64,000 nucleotides of DNA from Gemmatimonadota bacterium. Lineage in GTDB: Bacteria > Gemmatimonadota > Gemmatimonadetes > JACCXV01. Positions within the stretch are counted from its first letter, which is position 1, and each line of letters opens with the position of its first letter. The notes below the pieces were generated by a model. That model was not told where the DNA came from. It ran no database searches and saw only the letters and a program-made list of their open reading frames with translations. Below, piece after piece: positions 10,601 to 18,547 of the stretch. Where the stretch lies: assembly GCA_036556125.1 (NCBI GenBank), contig DATBJZ010000138.1, positions 124-64,123 on the forward strand, written 5' to 3'. A program made the translations under genes and the position numbers.

Positions 10601-10937
10601 GCTGGGCGAGGCCGGGGGGCGCGACCTGCGGACGTACGGCGAGGCGCCCGGCACGAGCCTGGCGCGGGGCGAGGACGGCTCGGTGCTCGTGACGGACGGC
10701 GACGCCGGATTCACCCTGCCCAACCCGGACTTCCACGTCGTGTCGTTCCGCAGCAACCTGCTGCTCCGATGGGAGTGGCACCCCGGGAGCACGGTCTACC
10801 TGGTCTGGCAGCAGAACCGCTCGGCGTTCGACCCCGAGGGCCGGCTGGTGAGCCCCGGCTCGCTCCTGGACTCCTTCACCGCCGACGGGGAGAACGTCTT
10901 CGCGCTGAAGGTCACCTACTGGCTGCCGATCGGGTGA
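7617..10937 (+). CDS. BlaI/MecI/CopY-family winged-helix repressor domain fused in frame, through a hydrophobic helix, to a CBM9-like/DUF5916 extracytoplasmic protein
   Basis: Residues 1-125 ([28 protein letters not shown]...[17 protein letters not shown]) form a complete BlaI-type repressor. No stop codon follows. An Ala-rich linker leads to an [35 protein letters not shown] hydrophobic segment (signal peptide or TM-like). Then comes a CBM9/DOMON-like domain ([11 protein letters not shown]...[12 protein letters not shown]) and DUF5916 motifs ([35 protein letters not shown]). ATG at 7617. Confidence 0.75.
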   Translation: [1106 protein letters not shown]

Positions 10938-11848
10938 CCGGGGCGCGTCCGCGCGCCGCGGTCCTCCTGCTGGCCTGCCTCGCCGCCGCGGCGGCCGCCG
11001 GGGCGTGCCGGCGCCAGGATGCGGTCGCATCCGCCGGGCCGCGCGGCGAGCGCGACGCGGCTCCCGCGGCGGGCGCCGGCGGGGACGCGAGCACGGATCG
11101 GGGCGACGCCCGGGGCGTCGAGATCACGCACCTGGCCAACGAGGGGTTCCTCCTCTCGGCGGGCGGCACGAAGGTCCTGGTGGACGCGCTGTTCCGCGAC
11201 GGTCTGCCCGAGTACGCGCGGGTGGCGGGCGCCGGGCGCGAGGCGCTCGAGACGGCCCGCGGCGCGTTCGCCGGCGTGGACGCCGTGCTGATCACCCACG
11301 TCCACCGGGATCACTTCCACCCTCTCGCGGTCGCCCGGCACCTGGAGTCCGCCGGCGACGCGGTCGCGCTCGGCCCCCGTCAGGCGGCGGACAGCCTCGA
11401 GCGTCACGCGCCGCAGTGGCCCCGCATCGCCGACCGGTTCGTGGCCGTCACGCCGGGGCCCGGCGAGCGCGTCGAGCGCCGCGTGGACGGCGTCGAGGTG
11501 CTCGGCCTCGGGCTGCACCACCCTCCCTCCCGCAACCAGCCGGTCCAGCACTCGGGGTGGCTCGTGCGCATCGGCGGGCGTACGATTCTGCACCTGGGCG
11601 ACGCCGGGCTGGACGAGGCCGAGTTCGCTCCGCTCCGGCTGGAGGACGACCGGATCGACCTGGCGCTCGTTCCGTTCTGGCTGCTCGACGACGAGGGCCG
11701 GGCGTTCCTCGACCGCCACGTGAGGCCGGGCCGCGTCGTGGCGATGCACGTGCCGCCCGGCGACGTCTCCCCGACCCGCGAGCGCCTCGCGGCCCGGGGG
11801 CGCGGCGCCGTCGTGCTCGCTCCCGGCGAGAGCCTCCGGATCCGGTAG
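10934..11848 (+). CDS. MBL-fold metallo-hydrolase lipoprotein
   Basis: Its GTG start overlaps the TGA of the upstream gene (GTGA). Lipobox LLLACLAAAAAAGAC. HxHxDH motif LITHVHRDHFHP. Confidence 0.85.
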   Translation: MTGARPRAAVLLLACLAAAAAAGACRRQDAVASAGPRGERDAAPAAGAGGDASTDRGDARGVEITHLANEGFLLSAGGTKVLVDALFRDGLPEYARVAGAGREALETARGAFAGVDAVLITHVHRDHFHPLAVARHLESAGDAVALGPRQAADSLERHAPQWPRIADRFVAVTPGPGERVERRVDGVEVLGLGLHHPPSRNQPVQHSGWLVRIGGRTILHLGDAGLDEAEFAPLRLEDDRIDLALVPFWLLDDEGRAFLDRHVRPGRVVAMHVPPGDVSPTRERLAARGRGAVVLAPGESLRIR

Positions 11849-11968
11849 GGCGGCTGCCGGCGGCCTGCCGCGCCCGCGGTGCTCCCGCTAGACGGCGCCC
11901 GGCCGCGGCTGCGCGCTCGCGATCGTGAGGGCGCTTCGAGCCATCCACGACAAGGGAGGGAGGGACGC

Positions 11969-13003
11969 ATGGACGGTCGGACGAGCACGTTCCGCTCGAT
12001 CGCGCTCAACCTGCTGAGGATCGTGGCGGGGCTGCTGTTCATGCAGCACGGAGCCATGAAGCTCTTCGGCGCACTCGGCGGCGTGGACGGGGAAGGCGGA
12101 ACCGTGCCGGTGGGCTCCCTGTTCTGGGTGGCGGGCGTGCTCGAGGTGTTCGGCGGCGCGGCCGTCGTGCTCGGACTCTTCACGCGCGTGGTGGCGTTCG
12201 TCCTGTCGGGCGAGATGGCGGTCGCCTACTTCAAGGCGCACCTGCCGCGGGGCTTCTGGCCGATCGAGAACGGCGGCGAGCCGGCGGTGCTCTTCTGCTT
12301 CGTCTTCCTCTTCCTGGCCGCGAACGGCGGCGGGCGCTTCAGCCTCGACGGCGTGTTCCGGAGGGGACGTGCGCGCCTGGGCGACGAGCCGGCGCGCGTC
12401 GAGGTCCGCTCCGCCGCGATGGCGCTGGCGATCGCGGTCTCGGCGCTCGGCGCGCCGCTGACGGCCCAGACCGGCCGCTCCGGAGATCCGCCGGCGGCGG
12501 ACGCAACCCCCGCGGCGCCGGCGGAGGCCGCGGCGGCGGACACGGAAGCCGCTGCGCCAACGGCCGTCGGCGCGGTCACGGGTGCGCGGGCGCCGTCCAA
12601 CCCCGCCGAGACCGAGGCGTTCCGCGCGTGGGACGCCGTGTACGAGACCTTCCGACGCGGCTACCGCGAGGCCGACGCCGACGCGGTCGCCGCCGTGTAC
12701 GCGGACGACGCGTTCTACCTCGGGCCGGGGCGCGACGTGGTGCGCGGCCGCCCCGCGATCCTGGAGACGTTCCGTCCGTTCCTGGAGGGCGCGCCGGCCG
12801 GCACGTACGACGTCACGTTCGAGATCCTGGCCCGCGAGGTCGCGGACGACCTCGGGTACGAGGTGGGGTTCTACGACCTGCGAGTCCGGAAGCCGGACGG
12901 CGAGGGCCGCTCGCGCGGCAAGTTCACCGTGGTGTGGAAGCGCGGCGCCGACGGCGCCTGGCGGATCCAGTCCGACACGTACAGCGGGGTGGGCGAGGAC
13001 TGA
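11969..13003 (+). CDS. DoxX-family membrane protein with a C-terminal SnoaL-like/DUF4440 (NTF2-fold) domain
   Basis: ATG at 11969 after ribosome-binding site aagggagggaggga. The DoxX core (IALNLLRIVAGLLFMQHGAMKLFGA...) runs without a stop through MALAIAVSALGAPLTAQ into an NTF2-like domain (TEAFRAWDAVYETFRRGYREADADAVAAVYADDAFYLGPG...WRIQSDTY). Confidence 0.6.
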   Translation: MDGRTSTFRSIALNLLRIVAGLLFMQHGAMKLFGALGGVDGEGGTVPVGSLFWVAGVLEVFGGAAVVLGLFTRVVAFVLSGEMAVAYFKAHLPRGFWPIENGGEPAVLFCFVFLFLAANGGGRFSLDGVFRRGRARLGDEPARVEVRSAAMALAIAVSALGAPLTAQTGRSGDPPAADATPAAPAEAAAADTEAAAPTAVGAVTGARAPSNPAETEAFRAWDAVYETFRRGYREADADAVAAVYADDAFYLGPGRDVVRGRPAILETFRPFLEGAPAGTYDVTFEILAREVADDLGYEVGFYDLRVRKPDGEGRSRGKFTVVWKRGADGAWRIQSDTYSGVGED

Positions 13004-13079
13004 TCGGCCCGGCGTCTCCGGGATCGCGAGCGAACGATCCTGCCGGGGGTTCCTCCGCGGTCGGGCACGACCGATCGGG

Positions 13080-14615
13080 TCAGCGCTCCTCCGGCGTGAC
13101 GGGGACCGCCCGCCGTTCCCCGTCGCGCTCGTACACCAGCTCCACCTCCCGCCCCGCCTGCAGCCCCGACAGGATCGCGGTGTAGCCGTAGACGTCCGCG
13201 ATCTCCCGCCCGTCCAGCTTCAGCATCACGTCGCCGGTCCGCAGCCCCGCCCGGTCCGCCGGGCTCCGCGGCCGGACGCCGGCGATCCGCAGGCCCGGCC
13301 CGGCGAAGCCGTAGTCGGGCATCGTCCCGAGACCGACGCGGAACGGCATCGGCCGCGGCTGCGTGACCGGCGCCTCGGCGTAGGGAACGCGCGCCCCGGC
13401 CGCGACGGCGGAGAGCACCTCGGCGACGAGCTCCACGACCCGCTCCGCGCCTTCCGGGCTGACGCGAGCGGCGTCGTCCGTCGGCCGGTGGTAGTCCTCG
13501 TGCGAGCCGGTGAAGAACGCGAGGACGGGGATGCCGCGTCCGTAGAAGGACGCGTGGTCGCTCGGGCCGTAGCCGTCGGGGACGACGCTGACGTCCGGGG
13601 GCGCCGCAGCGGCTCCGCGCACGTTCGCGGCGGCGTCCTCGAGCAGCCGCGGCCACGCCGGCGAGGTCCCGGTGCCGAGCACGGTCAGCCGCTCGCGCAG
13701 CCGCCCGATCATGTCGAGGTTCAGCATCGCGACGGTGCGGTCGAGCGGCCACGCCGGATCGTCCACGTACCGCAGCGAGCCCACGTTGCCGAGCTCCTCG
13801 GCGCCGAACGCCACGAAGATGAGCGTGCGGGGTCGCGGGTCGGCGGCGAACCGCCCGGCGAGCTCGAGAAGGCCCGCGACGCCGGACGCGTTGTCGTCGG
13901 CGCCGTTGTGGATCGCCGGCACGGCCGGCGCGAGGGATCCCTCCCCGCCCATCCCGAGATGGTCGTAGTGCGCGCCGATCACCACCGCCTCGCGGGCGAG
14001 CTCGGGATCCGTCCCACGCACGATCCCCACGACGTTGACGCTCCGGCGCGCGGGCCGGGGCGCGCCAACCGGTGGAGCGCCGTCGTCCGGCGGCGGGTGA
14101 CCCTCCGGCAGCACCGTACCGTGCGGCGAGGCGCCGGGCGGGGGCAGGTCGAAGGCCTGGAGGTACGCCGCGGCCGCGCCGCCGGGCGCTCCGGCCGGCG
14201 CGCCGGCCGTTCGGCTCGAGTCGGCCGGTGGCTCGAGACCGAGCCCGGCGAAGCGGTCCGCGATCCAGGCCGCCGCCCGGTCCGACCCGGCGGTGCCGGC
14301 GCGGCGGCCCGCGAGGGAGTCGTGCGCCAGCACCTCGACGACGTAGCGGATCTCGGCGGCCGTGACCTCGGCTGAAGCGGCGGGCGAGGAGAGTTCCGCG
14401 ACCGGCGCGGCCGACTGGGCGAAGGCGGAGGCCGCGGATGCCCAGCCGACGGCGAGGAGCGCCAGGATGGGGGCCGCGCGGATCGGGGTCCGGCGCGTCG
14501 CTTGAAGGCCCCCGGGAGGCGGTCTAAGTTGGGCGCGCCGGGCGCTCACCCCCCGCGCGCCCCCTTCCGCGCGACCGTCGCGCCCGGGCGCGCCTCTCCA
14601 CTCCAGCCGTCCCAT
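13080..14615 (-). CDS. M28-family peptidase with C-terminal PDZ domain, secreted
   Basis: Signal IRAAPILALLAVGWASAASAFAQ. M28 core VVIGAHYDHLG...HNGADDNASGVAGLLELA...FVAFGAEELGNVGS. PDZ domain LRTGDVMLKLDGREIADVYGYTAILSGL. The start is ATG 14615 or the alternative GTG about 14549. Confidence 0.8.
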   Translation of the reverse strand: MGRLEWRGAPGRDGRAEGGARGVSARRAQLRPPPGGLQATRRTPIRAAPILALLAVGWASAASAFAQSAAPVAELSSPAASAEVTAAEIRYVVEVLAHDSLAGRRAGTAGSDRAAAWIADRFAGLGLEPPADSSRTAGAPAGAPGGAAAAYLQAFDLPPPGASPHGTVLPEGHPPPDDGAPPVGAPRPARRSVNVVGIVRGTDPELAREAVVIGAHYDHLGMGGEGSLAPAVPAIHNGADDNASGVAGLLELAGRFAADPRPRTLIFVAFGAEELGNVGSLRYVDDPAWPLDRTVAMLNLDMIGRLRERLTVLGTGTSPAWPRLLEDAAANVRGAAAAPPDVSVVPDGYGPSDHASFYGRGIPVLAFFTGSHEDYHRPTDDAARVSPEGAERVVELVAEVLSAVAAGARVPYAEAPVTQPRPMPFRVGLGTMPDYGFAGPGLRIAGVRPRSPADRAGLRTGDVMLKLDGREIADVYGYTAILSGLQAGREVELVYERDGERRAVPVTPEER

Positions 14616-14618
14616 CCG

Positions 14619-15839
14619 ATGCCTCCAGGACGTGGTCGTTCGGGGTCGGCCACCCGCGAGGCGTACGGCGCCGCGTGGCTGGTCGCCGTTCTGCTCGTCG
14701 TGCCCGGCGCCTGCTCCACCGGCGAGCCGCCCGTGGATCGCGCGGAGGCCGATCCGGCCGGCGGCGGCGCCTCCGGCGAAACGGCCGGGTCGCCGGCAGC
14801 CGGCGGGAGTCCGCGCCGGGCCGGCGACGGGCCGGGCGCCGCCGCGAACGACGTCGCGGGCGTCGGTCCGTTCGGCGACGAGGCGCGCCACCTCTCCGGC
14901 GTGCGCCAGCTCACGTTCGGCGGGCAGAACGCCGAGGCCTATTTCGGCCCGGGCGACTCGCTGATCACGTATCAGGCGACGCCCGACTCCGGCGGATGCG
15001 ACCGCATCTTCACGATGCGCGTGGACGGCAGCGGGAAGCGGCAGGTCTCGAGCGGCGAGGGCGTCACGACCTGCAGCTACTTCCTCCCCCCCGACGGCCA
15101 GCGGCTGATCTACTCCTCCACCCACCTCGCCGGCCCGGCGTGCCCGCCGCGTCCGAGCTACGACCGCGGCTACGTGTGGCCGCTGCACGAGGGCTACGAC
15201 GTCTTCAACGCCCGGTCCGACGGACGCGACCTCCGGCGCCTCACGTCCGAGCCCGGCTACGACGCCGAGGCGACCGTGAGCCGGGACGGACGCCGCATCG
15301 TGTTCACCTCGGTGCGCGACGGCGACCTGGAGATCTACACGATGGACCCCGACGGGGGCTCGCTCAAGAGGCTGACCCACGAGCCCGGGTACGACGGAGG
15401 CGCGTTCTTCTCGAGCGACGGCTCCAGGATCGTGTATCGCGCGCACCATCCCGAGCCGGGTCCCGAGCTCGAGGACTACAGGGCCCTGCTCGCCGACGCG
15501 CTCGTGCGTCCCAGCCGGATGGAGATCTGGGTGATGGACGCGGACGGCTCGAACAAGCGCCAGGTCACCCGCAACGGCGCCGCCAACTTTGCGCCCTATT
15601 TCTTCCCCGACGGGGAGCGGATCGTCTTCGCCTCCAACGTTCACGACCCCGACGGACGGAACTTCGACCTCTACGCGGTGCGCGTGGACGGCACGGGTCT
15701 CGAGCGGCTCACCTTCCACCCGGACTTCGACGCGTTTCCGATGTTCAGCGCCGACGGCCGGACCCTGATCTGGGCCTCGAACCGGAACGGCGGCCGGCCG
15801 GGCGAGACCAACGTGTTCACCGCGGCGTGGCGGGACTGA
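14619..15839 (+). CDS. TolB-like WD40/PD40 beta-propeller protein, lipoprotein
   Basis: Signal/lipobox AAWLVAVLLVVPGAC. Repeated PD40 motifs (DGRRIVFTSVRDGDLEIYTMDPDGG, DGSRIVYRA, DGERIVFASN, DGRTLIWASNRNG). Confidence 0.8.
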   Translation: MPPGRGRSGSATREAYGAAWLVAVLLVVPGACSTGEPPVDRAEADPAGGGASGETAGSPAAGGSPRRAGDGPGAAANDVAGVGPFGDEARHLSGVRQLTFGGQNAEAYFGPGDSLITYQATPDSGGCDRIFTMRVDGSGKRQVSSGEGVTTCSYFLPPDGQRLIYSSTHLAGPACPPRPSYDRGYVWPLHEGYDVFNARSDGRDLRRLTSEPGYDAEATVSRDGRRIVFTSVRDGDLEIYTMDPDGGSLKRLTHEPGYDGGAFFSSDGSRIVYRAHHPEPGPELEDYRALLADALVRPSRMEIWVMDADGSNKRQVTRNGAANFAPYFFPDGERIVFASNVHDPDGRNFDLYAVRVDGTGLERLTFHPDFDAFPMFSADGRTLIWASNRNGGRPGETNVFTAAWRD

Positions 15840-15840
15840 C

Positions 15841-16776
15841 GTGCGGCTCGTCAGCGTCCGTCGCGAGGGCGGCCTTCGGCTCGGGGGTCTGCTCCGCGGC
15901 GGACCGGTGGAGCGGGTGCTGGACCTGAACGCGGCGGACGCCTCGATCCCCGCCGACCTGCGGTCCTTCCTCGAGGCCGGGGACCTCGCCTGGAAACGCG
16001 CCTCCGATCTGCTCGGGTCCTCGGCTCGCCCGCGCAGCGCGCGGACGCGGCATCCGGCGCACGCGCTCCTCCCGCTCGACGAGGCCCGCCTCGGGCCCGT
16101 CGTGCCGAACCCCTCGAAGATCGTCTGCATCGGACTCAACTACCGCGACCACGCGGCGGAGACCGGCCAGGCCCTCCCCGAGGTCCCGACGGTCTTCGCG
16201 AAGTACCCGAACGTGCTGATCGGGGCCGGCGAGGCGATCGTGGCGCCGCGCGCGTCGGACCAGGTGGACTACGAGGCGGAGCTGGCGTTCGTGATCGGAC
16301 GGCGCGGCCGGCACGTGCCGGAGGAGCGCGCGGCCGAGCACGTGGCGGGCTACACGATCTTCAACGACGTGACAGCGCGGGACGTCCAGCGCCGGACGCC
16401 GCAGTGGACTCTCGGCAAGTCGTTCGACACCTTCGGCCCGCTGGGTCCCGCGCTCGTCACGCCCGACGAGGTGCCGGACCCGCACGCGCTCGCGATCCGC
16501 CTGACCGTGGACGGCGAGACGCTCCAGTCGTCGAGCACCGCCGGGATGGTCTTCTCCGTGCCGCGGCTGGTCGCGCACCTGAGCGCGGTGATGACGCTCG
16601 AGCCCGGCGACGTGGTCTCGACCGGCACGCCCGCCGGCGTGGGCTTCGTGCGCGACCCGCCCCGGTTCCTCCGCCCGGGACAGACGGTGCGGATCGAGAT
16701 CGAGGGCCTCGGGATCCTCGAGAACCCGGTCGTGGCGGAGGACGAGGCGCGCGGCCCGCGCGCCGTCGAAGACTAG
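15841..16776 (+). CDS. Fumarylacetoacetate hydrolase (FAH) family protein
   Basis: GTG start 2 nt after the upstream stop. FAH motifs KIVCIGLNYRDHA, DYEAELAFVIG, GDVVSTGTPAGVG. Confidence 0.9.
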   Translation: MRLVSVRREGGLRLGGLLRGGPVERVLDLNAADASIPADLRSFLEAGDLAWKRASDLLGSSARPRSARTRHPAHALLPLDEARLGPVVPNPSKIVCIGLNYRDHAAETGQALPEVPTVFAKYPNVLIGAGEAIVAPRASDQVDYEAELAFVIGRRGRHVPEERAAEHVAGYTIFNDVTARDVQRRTPQWTLGKSFDTFGPLGPALVTPDEVPDPHALAIRLTVDGETLQSSSTAGMVFSVPRLVAHLSAVMTLEPGDVVSTGTPAGVGFVRDPPRFLRPGQTVRIEIEGLGILENPVVAEDEARGPRAVED

Positions 16777-16820
16777 ATCCCTCTGCCGGCGGCCACGATC
16801 CTCGAGGCGCTCCCCGCGGC

Positions 16821-17852
16821 CTAGACCGCTCCAATCCGTCGCAGCGCGTCGTCCTCGGCGGCATAGTCGAACCGCGCGGGATCCGCGGGCGCGAGGCCGG
16901 CGGCGAGGTCGGCCTCCACGGTCGCGCGCAGCGCGTCGGCCAGCGACGTCCCCCCGCTCCAGCCGAGCTCCCGGCGGATCCGCGAGGAATCCACGACCAG
17001 CGGATGGCGGTAGTCGTACGGGTCCTGCAGGTGCGCGGGGAGCTCGGCCCGGGGAACCGTGGCGATCCTGCCCCGCCAGCCCGCCGCCTCGCCGATCCGG
17101 CCCACCCACGCCGCCAGCTCCGGCGCGGGATCGTCGGCGACGTTGTACACGCGGTCCGCGCTCGCGCCGCCGGTGACCGCGCGGGCGATCGCCTCCGCCA
17201 CGTTCTGGACGTAGCCGTGAGACCATCGCCAGCGCGCCGCCTCCTCGGCGAGCAGGATCGCGGGCCGTGCGTCCACCATCCGCCGGAGCCACGGGTGGAG
17301 CCGCCGCTGCGGGTCGCCGGGTCCGTACACGGCCGGAAGGCGGAGAACCGTGGCCGGCAGGTCGGGCGCCTCGAGGAAGACGCGCTCGGCGAGGATCTTC
17401 TCGTAGTCGTGCGTCCAGTCGTCCGGACCCGAGGCGGCGGCGCGGTACGGGAACAGCCGCGAGCGCAGCGGCGCGTCCTCGGCGAGAGGCGCGTGATCCG
17501 GCGGCCCGTCCTCGAGACGGATGAGGCGGCCGTAGGCGGCGTACACGTCGCAGCTGCTGAGGGCCACGACCCGGCCGGCCCTTCCCGCGAAGGCGTCCAC
17601 GGCGGCGCGTGCGTCGCGCGCTCCGAGCGGCGTCATGTGCAGGACGACGTCGGGCCGGTCCGCGGCGAGATCCGCCGGGAACGACAGCACGGGCATCGCG
17701 GCGGACGGTGAGTGGACGTGGCGCACGCCCGCGGGCAGCGGCGGCTCGTGCTCGCCGCGATGGAAGACGGCGACCTCGTGGCCCGCGCCGGCGAGGAGGC
17801 GGACGACCGGCGGTCCGATGAAGCCGGTGCCGCCGATCACGAGGACGCGCAC
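16821..17852 (-). CDS. NAD-dependent epimerase/dehydratase (SDR family)
   Basis: GTG start VRVLVIGGTGFIGPPVVRLL (Rossmann GxxGxxG) located 2 nt after the response-regulator stop. 343 aa. Confidence 0.85.
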   Translation of the reverse strand: MRVLVIGGTGFIGPPVVRLLAGAGHEVAVFHRGEHEPPLPAGVRHVHSPSAAMPVLSFPADLAADRPDVVLHMTPLGARDARAAVDAFAGRAGRVVALSSCDVYAAYGRLIRLEDGPPDHAPLAEDAPLRSRLFPYRAAASGPDDWTHDYEKILAERVFLEAPDLPATVLRLPAVYGPGDPQRRLHPWLRRMVDARPAILLAEEAARWRWSHGYVQNVAEAIARAVTGGASADRVYNVADDPAPELAAWVGRIGEAAGWRGRIATVPRAELPAHLQDPYDYRHPLVVDSSRIRRELGWSGGTSLADALRATVEADLAAGLAPADPARFDYAAEDDALRRIGAV

Positions 17853-17854
17853 GG

Positions 17855-18547
17855 TCAGGGCTGGAGCCGGTAGCCGGCCTTGCGGACGGTCAGGATGTGC
17901 CGGGGGGCGGCGGGGTCCTTTTCGAGCTTGCGGCGCAGCTCGGCTACGTGGGTGTCCACGGTGCGGCTCAGCACGGCCGCCTGGTGGCCCCAGACCTCGC
18001 GCATCAGGTCGAGACGCGACGCGACCGCGCCCCGTCGGCGGAGGAGCGCCAGCAGCAGGTCGAACTCCATCGGACGCAGGCCGACCGTCCGGCCGTTGCG
18101 CCGCACGCTGCGCGACGCCGGGTCGACCTCGACGTCGCCGAAGCGCTCGACGCCGCGACCGGCCGCGGCCGCGCCGTCGCCGACGGCCGTGCGCCGCAGC
18201 AGCGCCTCCACGCGCGCCAGGAGCTCGAGCACGCCGAACGGCTTCGTGACGTAGTCGTCGGCGCCCAGCCGCAGCCCGCGCACCTTGTCGCTCTCGTCGC
18301 CGCGCGCCGTCAGCAGCAGCACGGGGACGCGCGACCCCTCCTCGCGGAGCGTCCGCAGGACGCGAAACCCGTCGAGCCCGGGCAGCATCAGGTCCAGAAC
18401 GACCAGGTCGGGGCGGCAGGCGCGGGCCTCCTCGAGGCCGCCGGGGCCGTCCGACGCGACGGTCACCTCGTAGCCTTCGATCTCGAGGTTGTTGCGGAGG
18501 CCGAAGGCGAGGTCGGGGTTGTCCTCGACGACGAGGATGCGGGTCAC
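17855..18547 (-). CDS. OmpR-family two-component response regulator
   Basis: Receiver domain MTRILVVEDNPDLAFGLRNNLEIEGYEV...DLVVLDLMLPGLDG plus a winged-helix output domain. Its GTG start overlaps the histidine-kinase stop (GTGA). Confidence 0.9.
   Translation of the reverse strand: MTRILVVEDNPDLAFGLRNNLEIEGYEVTVASDGPGGLEEARACRPDLVVLDLMLPGLDGFRVLRTLREEGSRVPVLLLTARGDESDKVRGLRLGADDYVTKPFGVLELLARVEALLRRTAVGDGAAAAGRGVERFGDVEVDPASRSVRRNGRTVGLRPMEFDLLLALLRRRGAVASRLDLMREVWGHQAAVLSRTVDTHVAELRRKLEKDPAAPRHILTVRKAGYRLQP

Noticed and set aside
7599-11848. Long alternate-frame ORFs (7599-11030 minus, 1143 aa; 8432-11848 plus, 1138 aa)
   Set aside because: Same DNA as the BlaI-DUF5916 gene. Only the 7029/7617 frame yields recognisable domains. 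The 8432 frame becomes meaningful only from 10934 (the MBL hydrolase).
12582-14375. 597-aa plus-strand ORF
   Set aside because: Antisense to the M28-PDZ peptidase. Low-complexity translation.
16404-17711. 435-aa plus-strand ORF
   Set aside because: Antisense to the epimerase gene; no homology.
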